DNA of 64,000 bases from Clostridiales bacterium (GTDB lineage Bacteria; Bacillota; Clostridia; Lachnospirales; Anaerotignaceae): assembly GCA_019423725.1 (NCBI GenBank), contig JAHZAW010000040.1, positions 1,569-65,568 of the forward strand, given 5' to 3'. The translations under genes and the position numbers were made by a program. Under the pieces are notes generated by a model that was given only the letters and a program-made list of their open reading frames with translations, was not told the DNA's origin and searched no databases. Below are positions 41,185-50,925 of this stretch, one piece after another. Each line of letters begins with the position of its first letter. Position 1 is the first letter of the stretch.

Positions 41185-42474
41185 TCATATAAGCCCCTTG
41201 TCTAACATTGTCTGTAAACCGGTCATTATTCCTATTTTCGCATGGTGCCAGCTCAAGCCGCCCTGCATATATACGATATATGGAGGCTTAATGGGACCGT
41301 CAGCGCTGAGCTCAATGGAAGCTCCCTGTACGAAGGCTCCGGCAGCCATTATGACATCGCTGTCATATCCGGGCATAGCCCACGGTTCAGGTGTAACATA
41401 GCTGTCAACGGGTGCTCCCTTCTGTATTCCTTCACAAAAAGCTATCACCTTTTCAGCTGACTTCATTTTGAGGGACTGAACTATATCTCCCCTTGCAGCA
41501 TCGGAAGACGGAAGTACCTCTATGCCTATATTTTCAAAAAGTTTTGCGGCAAACATGGCTCCCTTAAGACTTCCGCAAACTACCTGAGGAGCCATAAATA
41601 ATCCCTGTATCATTGAAGGAGTAACGCCAAGGGTGGCTCCTACCTCTTTTCCCATGCCGGGAGCAGTAAGCCTGAAGGCTGCATTATCAACATATTCTTC
41701 TTTTCCTACGATATATCCTCCTATGGGGGCAAGTCCGCCGCCAGGATTTTTTATAAGGGAGCCTACACAGAGATCCGCTCCCACATCCGTAGGCTCTATG
41801 GTCTCAACAAATTCACCATAGCAGTTATCGACCATACATATAACATCCGGTCTTATGCCTTTTATGAATGATATAAGATCACCTATTTTTTCCACTGTAA
41901 ATGACTCTCTCCAGGCATATCCCCTTGAACGCTGTATCTCTACCAGTCTTATTTTTTTGTTTTTAAGGGCACTTTTTATGCCTTCATAGTCAAATGAGCC
42001 ATCGGGGAGCAGTTCTGTCTGGCTGTATGTTATGCCATACTCCGCAAGGCATCCCCTTTCCTTTCTTATGCCTATAACTCCCTGAAGAGTATCATAGGGC
42101 AGGCCTACTGGTGAGAATATCTCATCCCCTGGCCTGAGGTTTCCCGCAAGGGCCACCGTAAGGGCATGGGTCCCTGATATTACCTGGGGCCTTACAAGAC
42201 CGCTCTCAGCATGAAATACATCGGCATATATGCTCTCCAGCACCTCACGTCCCAGGTCGTTATATCCATAACCTGTTGTTCCCGCAAAATGCACATCACT
42301 GAGCTTATTTTTCTGCATGGCGTTCAAAACCTTATACTGGTTGTACTCGGTTATTTTGTCTGCCTGGGCAAACCTTTCCTTAAGTTCCTCCTCAGCTCTG
42401 TCAGCCATATTAAGTACTTTATCGGACATTCCGTAGTTGTTTCTGAGAAAATCCGCTGTTTCTTTGTTAAACAT
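41185..42474 (-). CDS. ynbB: YnbB-like PLP enzyme (methionine gamma-lyase / aluminium-resistance family)
   Basis: TTGYGYND.GR, SGTHA, DNCYGEF, GSLIKNPGGG, IELSADGP. Confidence 0.85.
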   Translation of the reverse strand: MFNKETADFLRNNYGMSDKVLNMADRAEEELKERFAQADKITEYNQYKVLNAMQKNKLSDVHFAGTTGYGYNDLGREVLESIYADVFHAESGLVRPQVISGTHALTVALAGNLRPGDEIFSPVGLPYDTLQGVIGIRKERGCLAEYGITYSQTELLPDGSFDYEGIKSALKNKKIRLVEIQRSRGYAWRESFTVEKIGDLISFIKGIRPDVICMVDNCYGEFVETIEPTDVGADLCVGSLIKNPGGGLAPIGGYIVGKEEYVDNAAFRLTAPGMGKEVGATLGVTPSMIQGLFMAPQVVCGSLKGAMFAAKLFENIGIEVLPSSDAARGDIVQSLKMKSAEKVIAFCEGIQKGAPVDSYVTPEPWAMPGYDSDVIMAAGAFVQGASIELSADGPIKPPYIVYMQGGLSWHHAKIGIMTGLQTMLDKGLI

Positions 42475-42486
42475 AAACTTCACCTG

Positions 42487-43422
42487 TCAAATTATATTTT
42501 TATCCTTTAATTCCTTTATCATTATTTCAAGGGCGCCTTCCTTGTCCCCTGAAGTCATATCTATCCAAGTGCCTTCTGTCTGCCTTCTGAACCAGGTCAG
42601 CTGTCTCTTGGCAAAGTGTCTAGTATATTTCTTGATGTCTTCCACTGCCTCATCAAGGTTTTTTTCGCCGTTAAAATATGGTATGAACTCCTTATAGCCA
42701 AGTCCCTGCATGCTCACCAGTTCCGGAGAATAACCCATTTTAACTAGGTTCCTAACTTCTGCTTCAAGGCCGTTTTTCATCATTATATCGACTCTCAGGT
42801 CTATCCTCTCATAGAGCTTCTGCCTGTCCATATTAAGGACGAAAAACGCCAGATTATAGGGGGATTCCTTCTGCTTCGCCTCTTTATTGTGCTCTGACAT
42901 TTTTTCTCCCGTGAGCCTGTAGTACTCAAGGGCCCTGGCGACCCTTTTCACATTATTGAAATGTATTTCGGAAGCATATTCCGGATCGACTTCCGCAAGC
43001 ATGGAGTGCAGTTTCTCCGGTCCTTCCTCTTCCGCTATTTTATAAAGCTCATCCCTTATCCCTGAGCCATTTTCTTCTGTAAAGTCATTGTCATATACAA
43101 GGGCGTTTATATAAAATCCGGTGCCCCCCACTATCATGGGTATATGCCCTCTTTCGTATATGCCCTCCATATACTCCTTGGCCTTTTTCTGGAATATCAT
43201 AACATTATATTCCTCATCGGGATAAAGCTCATCAATAAGAAAGTGCGGTATCCCGCACATTTCTTCATGATCAGGCTTAGCCGTTCCTATATCCATATAT
43301 TTATATACCTGCATGGAATCTCCGGAGATGACCTCTCCTCCTATCCTTTTTGCAAGTTCGATGGAAATGTCAGTCTTTCCGCAGGCCGTCGGCCCGGCAA
43401 TAACTATCAGCGGCTTTTTCAC
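42487..43422 (-). CDS. miaA: tRNA dimethylallyltransferase
   Basis: GPTACGKT, DSMQVY..MDIGTAKP, AKRQLTWF. Confidence 0.96.
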   Translation of the reverse strand: MKKPLIVIAGPTACGKTDISIELAKRIGGEVISGDSMQVYKYMDIGTAKPDHEEMCGIPHFLIDELYPDEEYNVMIFQKKAKEYMEGIYERGHIPMIVGGTGFYINALVYDNDFTEENGSGIRDELYKIAEEEGPEKLHSMLAEVDPEYASEIHFNNVKRVARALEYYRLTGEKMSEHNKEAKQKESPYNLAFFVLNMDRQKLYERIDLRVDIMMKNGLEAEVRNLVKMGYSPELVSMQGLGYKEFIPYFNGEKNLDEAVEDIKKYTRHFAKRQLTWFRRQTEGTWIDMTSGDKEGALEIMIKELKDKNII

Positions 43423-43437
43423 TGTCGATCACCCTTT

Positions 43438-45573
43438 TTACTGTATCCTCTTAAATTTCTTTTCAAGTTCATATTCTGTCATTTCTATTATCGTCGGTCT
43501 TCCATGGGGGCAGCTGAAGGGATTTTTCAGCGAAAGCATCTTAACTATGAGTTTTTCCGCCTCTTCGTATGTAAGCTTATCTCCGCCCTTGACCGCAGCT
43601 TTACACGCCATGGTAGCTAAATTCAAAAGTTTTGTATCATAAACGCTGTCAATATTTTCTGTCTTTATTGTATCTATTATATCCATCAGGAAAGATGTGG
43701 AAGCCGGCCTGTCAAAAATATAGGGAACACTGTAAACATAATAATCTTCCCCATCTTTTCTTATGCCAAAACCAAAGCTTTTCATCTTTTCCATATTGTT
43801 TTCAAGAATATCCTTTTCCATATCACTGAGCAGTAGTTTTTCCTCAGCGACCAGGTCCTGGGATACGATCTTTCCATTTTTAAAATCTTCCGTGAACTGT
43901 TCAAAAAGCACCCTTTCATGGGCCGCATGCTGGTCGATCATAAATATACTGCTGCCCTGCTCGATTATCCAGTATGTATTAAATATCTGGCCTATTATTT
44001 TGTAATTGCTGAAAAATGGCTTTTCTTCCGAAAATGTATCCGGCTGGGGTGCATCTTCAAATATGTATTCGCCCTCAACGGGTTCTTCCATATCCGTCTC
44101 TGGTGCAGTCTTAGGTATATAAACAGCCTTTTTCTCAGGTTTTGGCTGTGTTCTAGGCTGCACCTTAGGCTCTGGTCTCCATTCAGAAGCCCAGGCCATT
44201 TCCTTCCTTATACTTTCAGCCATTTCCCTATGTTCAGGGAGTATCTCTATATCAGAGGATGAAGTATACTGGGCCTTAGGCTCCCTGATGCCAGGAGCAT
44301 CCTGTTCCTTATTATCCATTCCCATAAGAAGCATCTCAGCTGCTTTTCTGTCACTTTCAGATACCGAGTGGTTAAATCCAATTTTTTCAGCTTCCTCCCT
44401 CAGGGATACCGGCTTTTTATCATCTTTATTTACATCTACAGCCTTCCGTGTCTGAACATTGCCGCCTAAAGGCTCCAGCTCCTGCTGTACTGGTTTCAAT
44501 ATGGTTTCGGGAGCGTTTATGTATTCCTTTACCGGAGAAGAAGGAGCGCTTTCCCAATCAGCTCCCTTTATGAGCACCTTATCTTTGAATGTATTTACTA
44601 TGCTGTCATAAACAAAACGGTAGACAGCATCATCGTCCCTGAACCTTACCTCAAGTTTAGCGGGATGTACATTGACATCGACCATGGAAGGATCAATATC
44701 CATATCCAGCACATAAACAGGGAATTTGCCTATCATCATCCTTGTTTTATATGCTTCCTCTGCAGCCGCTGAAACTACGCTGTTTCTTATGAACCTTCCA
44801 TTTATAAAAAGATTTTCAGAACCTCTATTAGCCTTGGAAAGCTCAGGTCTTCCTATGAGGCCGCTTATTTTCATTTCCGGCACTTCGGATGATATATCCA
44901 GCATTTTGAAAGCCGTATCCTTTCCATAGACGTGGTATACCGCTGTTTTAAGGTCGTTATTTCCGGATGTATGTATTATGACAGTACCGTTATTTATATA
45001 TTTGAATGATATTTCCGGATGTCCAAGAACAAACTTCATTACCACATCGGAAATATACCCTGCCTCCGTGGATGGCTTCTTCAAAAACTTTCTTCTGGCC
45101 GGCACATTGTAAAATATATCTTCGATGGTTATGGTAGTTCCATCGGCCGCTCCATCGGATTTGATATCCTCAAGTATGCCGCCGTTTATCCTTATCCTTG
45201 TTCCAACGGCTGACTCCCTTGTTTTTGTAAGCATTTCCACCTTTGATACCGCCGCTATACTGGCAAGGGCCTCACCCCTGAATCCCAGAGAAAATACACT
45301 TTCCAGATCGTCAGCAGTCCTTATCTTGCTTGTGGCATGCCTCAAAAAGGCGGTCTTTACCTCATCCTGTGGTATTCCGCATCCATCATCGGTTATACGC
45401 ATAAAAGTGGTGCCGCCGTCCCTTATCTCTACGGTAATGGCTCCAGCTCCGGCATCAATGGCGTTTTCCACCAGTTCCTTTATTACGGAACCCGGCCTTT
45501 CCACCACTTCTCCGGCGGCTATTTTATTTATTGTACTGTTATCCAGCAGTTTGATCTTGTTCATGGCCGTCAC
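43438..45573 (-). CDS. mutL: DNA mismatch repair endonuclease MutL
   Basis: IAAGEVVERP, GFRGEALASI, DQHAAHERVLFE, CPHGRP. Confidence 0.96.
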   Translation of the reverse strand: MTAMNKIKLLDNSTINKIAAGEVVERPGSVIKELVENAIDAGAGAITVEIRDGGTTFMRITDDGCGIPQDEVKTAFLRHATSKIRTADDLESVFSLGFRGEALASIAAVSKVEMLTKTRESAVGTRIRINGGILEDIKSDGAADGTTITIEDIFYNVPARRKFLKKPSTEAGYISDVVMKFVLGHPEISFKYINNGTVIIHTSGNNDLKTAVYHVYGKDTAFKMLDISSEVPEMKISGLIGRPELSKANRGSENLFINGRFIRNSVVSAAAEEAYKTRMMIGKFPVYVLDMDIDPSMVDVNVHPAKLEVRFRDDDAVYRFVYDSIVNTFKDKVLIKGADWESAPSSPVKEYINAPETILKPVQQELEPLGGNVQTRKAVDVNKDDKKPVSLREEAEKIGFNHSVSESDRKAAEMLLMGMDNKEQDAPGIREPKAQYTSSSDIEILPEHREMAESIRKEMAWASEWRPEPKVQPRTQPKPEKKAVYIPKTAPETDMEEPVEGEYIFEDAPQPDTFSEEKPFFSNYKIIGQIFNTYWIIEQGSSIFMIDQHAAHERVLFEQFTEDFKNGKIVSQDLVAEEKLLLSDMEKDILENNMEKMKSFGFGIRKDGEDYYVYSVPYIFDRPASTSFLMDIIDTIKTENIDSVYDTKLLNLATMACKAAVKGGDKLTYEEAEKLIVKMLSLKNPFSCPHGRPTIIEMTEYELEKKFKRIQ

Positions 45574-48191
45574 ATTCCCTTAATTTTGTTCTGCAAATCG
45601 AAAAGCGTCTGCAGCGCCTGTATGGGCGTCAGAGACATAACATCAATTTTATTTATCTCGTCGATTATCTGTGTTTCCTCTACGTTGAACATATTTATCT
45701 GAACTGCCTCTTCCTCAGCGGCTTCCTTTGCCTCATTGGCAAGTTTTTTGGTCTTTTTGGTTATATCGGCCGCATTGAGTTTCTTAAGTATGGCAGTCGA
45801 TCTTTTTATGACCTTATTGGGCAGCCCTGCAAGCCTAGCTACCTGTATGCCGTAGCTGTGGTCAGCTCCGCCTCTTTTTATCTTTCTGAGGAATATTATG
45901 TCCTCCCCTTCTTCCTTTACTGTTATACAGTAGTTCTTAACTCCGGGGAGTTTTCCTTCAAGTTCTGTAAGTTCATGATAATGGGTAGCAAACAGCGTCT
46001 TTGCTCCTATCTGTTTTTTGTCGGCTATATACTCCATAACGGCCCAGGCAATGGAAAGTCCATCAAATGTACTTGTTCCCCTTCCTATCTCATCCAGTAT
46101 GAGAAGGCTTTTTGCCGTGGCGTTATTAAGTATATTTGCCACCTCTGTCATTTCCACCATAAATGTGCTCTGTCCGGATGCCAGGTCATCGGAAGCTCCG
46201 ACCCTGGTAAATATCCTGTCACATACACCTATATGGGCCGACGAAGCCGGAACAAATGAACCTATCTGCGCCAGCAGAGTTATTATGGCTGTCTGTCTCA
46301 TATATGTTGATTTTCCTGCCATATTGGGTCCGGTTATTATGAGCAGTCTGTTTTCATCGTTATCAAGATAAACATCATTGGCGATAAATGCGTCAGATGT
46401 CATCTTTTCCACAGACGGATGCCTTCCGTCCTTTATGTCTATGATGTCTCCGTCATCAACTATCGGTTTTATATAATTCTGAGCCTGGGCAGTTTCAGCC
46501 AGTGACTGAAGGGCATCACAGAGAGCCGTTATGTAGGCAGTAAACTGTATCCTGTTTACCTGGGACGCTACCTTTTCCCTTATCTCGCAGAATATTTCAT
46601 ATTCAAGGTCTATGAGCCTGTCAGCTGATCCAAGTATCAGATCCGCCAGTTCATTGAGTTCCTTGGTAGTATATCTTTCACAGTTTGTCAGTGTCTGTTT
46701 TCGCATATACCCCTCAGGCACCTGTCCGACGTTTGACTTGGTGACCTCTATATAATATCCAAATACTCTGTTATAGCTTATCCTGAGGTTTTTGATGCCG
46801 GTCTTTTCCTTTTCCTCCTGCTCCATATCCTTTATCCACTCAGAGCCTTTTCTTTTAGCCTGTATAAGGGTATCAGCATCTTTGGAATATCCTTCCTTTA
46901 TCATTCCGCCCTCTCTTACAGAAAATGGAGGATCATCAACTATGGCTTTGTCTATAAGGGCAAATATATCTTCCAGTGTATCCAGCTCAGAATATATTTC
47001 CTTAAGATAGCCGCTCTTGGAGTTTTCAAGTATCTTCTTGAGCTGTGGAAGGTTCTCAATGGAGTTTTTAAGGCTTACCAGCTCCCTGGCATTGGCAGTC
47101 TTATACACTATCCTGCTCATTATACGCTCAAAATCATGCATGGTGGACAGAACTTCCTTGAGTTCCTCACGTTTGAAGAAATCGTCTTTAAGTTCCTCCA
47201 CGCTGTCTAATCTTCTATTTATATCAGCCGAACTTATGAGGGGCTGTTCCACCCATTTTCTGAGAAGCCTGGCCCCCATGGCTGTTTTTGTCTTATCAAT
47301 TACCCATAAAAGTGAACCCTTGCGGTTCTTTTCTCTCATGGTTTCAGTAAGTTCCAGATTTCTTCTTGTATTTGCATCAAGAAGCATGAAATCATTGGTC
47401 GAATATATCGATATCTTGCTTATGTGTTCAAGATTATTTTTCTGTGTGTCATAGAGATAGTCTAAAAGCCCTCCTGACGCACATACGGCAAATATCTTCT
47501 CCTGAAGTCCAAGACCGTCCACAGCGATTATATTAAAATGCCTGCAAATGGTCTTTGCCGCGTTCCTATATGTAAAACCTGAATCTCCTACGGATGTGGG
47601 TTTTAAATTAAGATGTTTTTTGATCTTCTCCGCACAGTCCGTCGTAAGGAAATAATCATTGGTTATGAGCTCAGCCGGCATAAACCTGGCTGCCTCATCA
47701 AAAAGTTTTTCCTCGGCATTGGCCGATACAAATTCAGCTGTCTGAAATTCTCCGGTGGTGACATCACACACCGCAAGGGCATATCCCTTTGAATCCCCAT
47801 AAACAGCCATTATGTAGTTATTTTTATTCTCATCAAGGACCTCATTGTCGATAACAGTTCCGGGAGTTACTATCCTTATTACGTCCCTTTTGACTATCCC
47901 CTTTGCTTCTTTGGGGTCCTCTATTTGTTCGCATATAGCGACTTTATATCCACTTTGAACGAGTTTATCTATATAACTGTCAGCGGAATGGAAAGGGACG
48001 CCGCACATGGGCGCCCTCTCTTTCTGTCCCCAGTCCTTGCCTGTCAGCGTAAGCCCAAGCACTCTGGAGCCTATTACCGCATCGTCAAAAAATAATTCGT
48101 AAAAGTCGCCTAATCGGAAAAACAGCAGACAATGTCTGTATCTATTTTTTATTTCAAAATATTGTTCCATCATCGGTGTGACTTTTGCCAT
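45570..48191 (-). CDS. mutS: DNA mismatch repair protein MutS
   Basis: TPMMEQY, GDFYELF, GPNMAGKSTY, DEIGRGT. Confidence 0.97.
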   Translation of the reverse strand: MAKVTPMMEQYFEIKNRYRHCLLFFRLGDFYELFFDDAVIGSRVLGLTLTGKDWGQKERAPMCGVPFHSADSYIDKLVQSGYKVAICEQIEDPKEAKGIVKRDVIRIVTPGTVIDNEVLDENKNNYIMAVYGDSKGYALAVCDVTTGEFQTAEFVSANAEEKLFDEAARFMPAELITNDYFLTTDCAEKIKKHLNLKPTSVGDSGFTYRNAAKTICRHFNIIAVDGLGLQEKIFAVCASGGLLDYLYDTQKNNLEHISKISIYSTNDFMLLDANTRRNLELTETMREKNRKGSLLWVIDKTKTAMGARLLRKWVEQPLISSADINRRLDSVEELKDDFFKREELKEVLSTMHDFERIMSRIVYKTANARELVSLKNSIENLPQLKKILENSKSGYLKEIYSELDTLEDIFALIDKAIVDDPPFSVREGGMIKEGYSKDADTLIQAKRKGSEWIKDMEQEEKEKTGIKNLRISYNRVFGYYIEVTKSNVGQVPEGYMRKQTLTNCERYTTKELNELADLILGSADRLIDLEYEIFCEIREKVASQVNRIQFTAYITALCDALQSLAETAQAQNYIKPIVDDGDIIDIKDGRHPSVEKMTSDAFIANDVYLDNDENRLLIITGPNMAGKSTYMRQTAIITLLAQIGSFVPASSAHIGVCDRIFTRVGASDDLASGQSTFMVEMTEVANILNNATAKSLLILDEIGRGTSTFDGLSIAWAVMEYIADKKQIGAKTLFATHYHELTELEGKLPGVKNYCITVKEEGEDIIFLRKIKRGGADHSYGIQVARLAGLPNKVIKRSTAILKKLNAADITKKTKKLANEAKEAAEEEAVQINMFNVEETQIIDEINKIDVMSLTPIQALQTLFDLQNKIKGM

Positions 48192-48245
48192 TTTTATCCC
48201 CTCTTAAACGTCGTTTACGTTACCAAATACTATGCCTTTTAATTA

Positions 48246-48641
48246 TCAGTGGCATCCGCTGCATGTTGAACATCCGCCGCCGCAGCCGCCTGCGCTTTCA
48301 GGTGTAAGTGAGTTCTGAACAGCTGTCATAATGATGTTGTAGATGCTCTGCATATACTCATTGAACTCGCTCTCTGCTTTGTAAAGTGCACCTGATGTTC
48401 CATGGTTTCTTATGTCGTTGTTGAGCTTGTTGATCTCATCATAGAAAGCATCTTTTTCTTCATCAGATACATTTCCTGCAACAAGTTTGTCCTGGAATGC
48501 ATTCTGTTTATTTACATAATCCTGAACCATTTTCTGTGCTACAAGATCCTCATCATATGCCTGTTTTGCAACTTTAAAAGCCTGTCCATATTCAGAGTTT
48601 ATAAGTTCCTCTGCTAACTGTCTAGCTATCTGTTCTACCAT
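48246..48641 (-). CDS. YlbF/YmcA (Ric)-family protein with Cys-rich tail
   Basis: Helical protein between miaB and mutS; ends GGCGGGCSTCSGCH. Confidence 0.8.
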   Translation of the reverse strand: MVEQIARQLAEELINSEYGQAFKVAKQAYDEDLVAQKMVQDYVNKQNAFQDKLVAGNVSDEEKDAFYDEINKLNNDIRNHGTSGALYKAESEFNEYMQSIYNIIMTAVQNSLTPESAGGCGGGCSTCSGCH

Positions 48642-48646
48642 AATAA

Positions 48647-50068
48647 TTACATCCTTTCTCCTATTAAATAGAAAATCTTATTTTGTATAATTTTAACAGG
48701 TACTACCTGTCCTATTAACTCTTCTGAGCCCTCAAAATGTACCAGTGAATTTCTTTCTGTCCTTCCCGTAAGCATTTTGGGGTCCTGCCTGTTGACTTCC
48801 TCCACAAGAACATTTTCTACTGTTCCCACAAGGCTTTCACTTATTTTTTCAACTCCAGCATTTACATGCTCAAGCAGTCTGTTGAATCTTTCCTTGGCTG
48901 TCTCCTCATCTATCTGATTTTCCATGACAGCTGCAGGAGTGCCTGTCCTCTTTGAATATAAGAACGTAAATGCCGTTGAATATCCAACTTTGTCGACCAC
49001 ATCAAGTGTCTCCTCAAAGTCTTCCTCAGTCTCACCGGGGAAACCTACAATGATGTCAGTGCTTATGAGTATGTCAGGTATCTCTTTTCTTATTTTATCA
49101 ACAAGTTCAAGATATTTTTCCTTTGTATACCTTCTGTTCATCTTCTCAAGGATGGCTGTGCTTCCTGACTGTACAGGCAGATGCAGATAATTGCATACCT
49201 TATCACAGTCTCTCATGGCTTCAATGAGCTCATCTGACAGATCCTTGGGATGGGACGTCATAAACCTTATCCTCTCTATGCCGTCTATCTCATTTATCAT
49301 TCTGAGAAGCTCAGCAAATGTGACCGGTTTTTCCAGGGTCTTGCCATAGCTGTTGACATTCTGGCCAAGGAGCATTACTTCCTTTACGCCTTCTTTTGCA
49401 AGGCCTCTTATTTCATTTAATATATCCTCAGCTTCCCTGCTTCTTTCCCTGCCTCTGACATAGGGTACTATGCAGTAGCTGCAGAAGTTGTTGCAGCCAT
49501 ACATGATATTTACACTGGCCTTAAACGGGATCTTTCTTATGCTCCTGAAATCTTCCATTATCTCGCCATGCTCCTGCCATATGTCATAGATAGTATCTCC
49601 TGTTTCCATATTGGTAAGCATAAGGGTCGGAAGTTTGTATATGTTAAAAGTTCCAAAAACTATGTCAACATTTCTGTATGATTTCTTTATTTTCTTTAAT
49701 ACGCTTTCCTGCTGCATCATGCATCCGCAGAGGGCGATCTTTATATTTGGATTCTTTTCCTTGTAATATTTGAGATATCCAAGCCTGCCGTATACCTTTT
49801 CTTCGGCATTCTCCCTTATACAGCAAGTATTGTAAAGGATAAAATCCGCTTCTGTCTCATTTTCTGTATGCTCATATCCCATATCAGTGAGCATATATGA
49901 AAGCTTCTCTGAGTCATGGGCATTCATCTGGCATCCCGTAGTGAAGATAAAATATTTCTTTTTTCTTCCAGTCTCTTCTGTATATTTGTCATTGATGGCC
50001 TTTATTTTGCTCATGGCCTCTTTCTGCATTTCAAGCTCTTCATCGTGTATGATATTTCTTTCAGACAA
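48647..50068 (-). CDS. miaB: tRNA methylthiotransferase MiaB
   Basis: GCQMN.HDSE, NTCCIRENAE, GCNNFCSYC, TDIIVGFPGET, TRAM tail. Confidence 0.96.
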   Translation of the reverse strand: MSERNIIHDEELEMQKEAMSKIKAINDKYTEETGRKKKYFIFTTGCQMNAHDSEKLSYMLTDMGYEHTENETEADFILYNTCCIRENAEEKVYGRLGYLKYYKEKNPNIKIALCGCMMQQESVLKKIKKSYRNVDIVFGTFNIYKLPTLMLTNMETGDTIYDIWQEHGEIMEDFRSIRKIPFKASVNIMYGCNNFCSYCIVPYVRGRERSREAEDILNEIRGLAKEGVKEVMLLGQNVNSYGKTLEKPVTFAELLRMINEIDGIERIRFMTSHPKDLSDELIEAMRDCDKVCNYLHLPVQSGSTAILEKMNRRYTKEKYLELVDKIRKEIPDILISTDIIVGFPGETEEDFEETLDVVDKVGYSTAFTFLYSKRTGTPAAVMENQIDEETAKERFNRLLEHVNAGVEKISESLVGTVENVLVEEVNRQDPKMLTGRTERNSLVHFEGSEELIGQVVPVKIIQNKIFYLIGERM

Positions 50069-50121
50069 TTTTCAAACCACCTTAAAATATTAATGGAGGA
50101 CACATATCCACAGTATATTTA

Positions 50122-50150
50122 AGTATATCACATAAAATCTCTATACTCAA
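50122..50150 (-). promoter_or_regulatory. sigma-A promoter of miaB operon
   Basis: TTGAGT-N17-TATACT with TGn. Confidence 0.6.
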
Positions 50151-50190
50151 TATTTTTCGCAATATTTCATATTAATTTAGTATGAATTGA

Positions 50191-50805
50191 GCGCAACCGC
50201 CGCCAGTGGCGGATGAAGGGAGCGCGAAATTCCGTGAGTTTCGATGGATCGCGAACTTTTGTGAGCGAGACAAGTTAAACGAACGGCGTCATTGTCCCGA
50301 CCTCTGCCGGTGGCAGGTGAAGGGAGGACGAAATTCCGTGAAAAACAAGTGATTCGAGCTTCTTGCGACGAATCACGCCGATTTTGAACGGAGCCATTGT
50401 CCCGACCGCTGCCTGTGGCAGAATCGAGCTCGACCGCCGCCAGTGGGAGAAATAAGCTCGACCGCCGCCAGTGGGAGAAATAAGCTCGACCGCTGCCAGT
50501 GGCAGGTGAAGGGAGAGCGACTTTCTGTGAGATACTAGTGATGTGAGCGGTAGCGAAACAGCACGCCGATATCGAACAGAGTACTATTGCGAGATTCCGT
50601 GAGACACTAGCAATACGAACTTTTGTGAGTAGTGCGACGTTTTCGAACGGAGTTAATTGGAGAGCGCCTTTCTGTGAGATACTAGTGATGTGAGCGATAG
50701 CGAAACAGCACGCCGATATCAAACAGAGTACTGGAGTGAGATTCCGTGAGACACTAGCATTACGAACGTTAGTGAGTACTGCGTCGATATCGAACGGAGT
50801 TAATT
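50191..50805 (+). repeat. Modular structured repeat array (6 long hairpins and 6 full or partial ACCGCYGCCAGTGG modules)
   Basis: Repeated TTCYGTGA..GAACRGAG hairpins; 28-bp tandem at 50427-50482; 147-bp tandem at 50512-50805; compensatory changes between copies. Confidence 0.9.
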
Positions 50806-50888
50806 AATGAGTGCAAGCTCACCCCCTGCCAACTTCACCTCTGGCAATCAGCTTACTTCCTGCAACATAACCTCTATTTACCCAACAC

Positions 50889-50913
50889 AAAAGGCACGCC
50901 TAAGCGTGCCTTT
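50889..50913 (-). terminator. Terminator of pnp
   Basis: AAAGGCACGC-TTAG-GCGTGCCTTTT on minus strand. Confidence 0.75.
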
Positions 50914-50925
50914 AATCATTTTATC

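Noticed and set aside
50177..50722. 181-aa minus-strand ORF over the repeat array
   Set aside because: No RBS; peptide repeats (PSPATG, LAAV) simply mirror the DNA repeats, and substitutions follow base pairing rather than codon position.
50191..50805. CRISPR array, TIGR-like guide array or integron attC cluster
   Set aside because: No constant repeat with unique fixed-length spacers, no cas, Nop-domain or integrase gene in the window, and no cassette ORFs between units.
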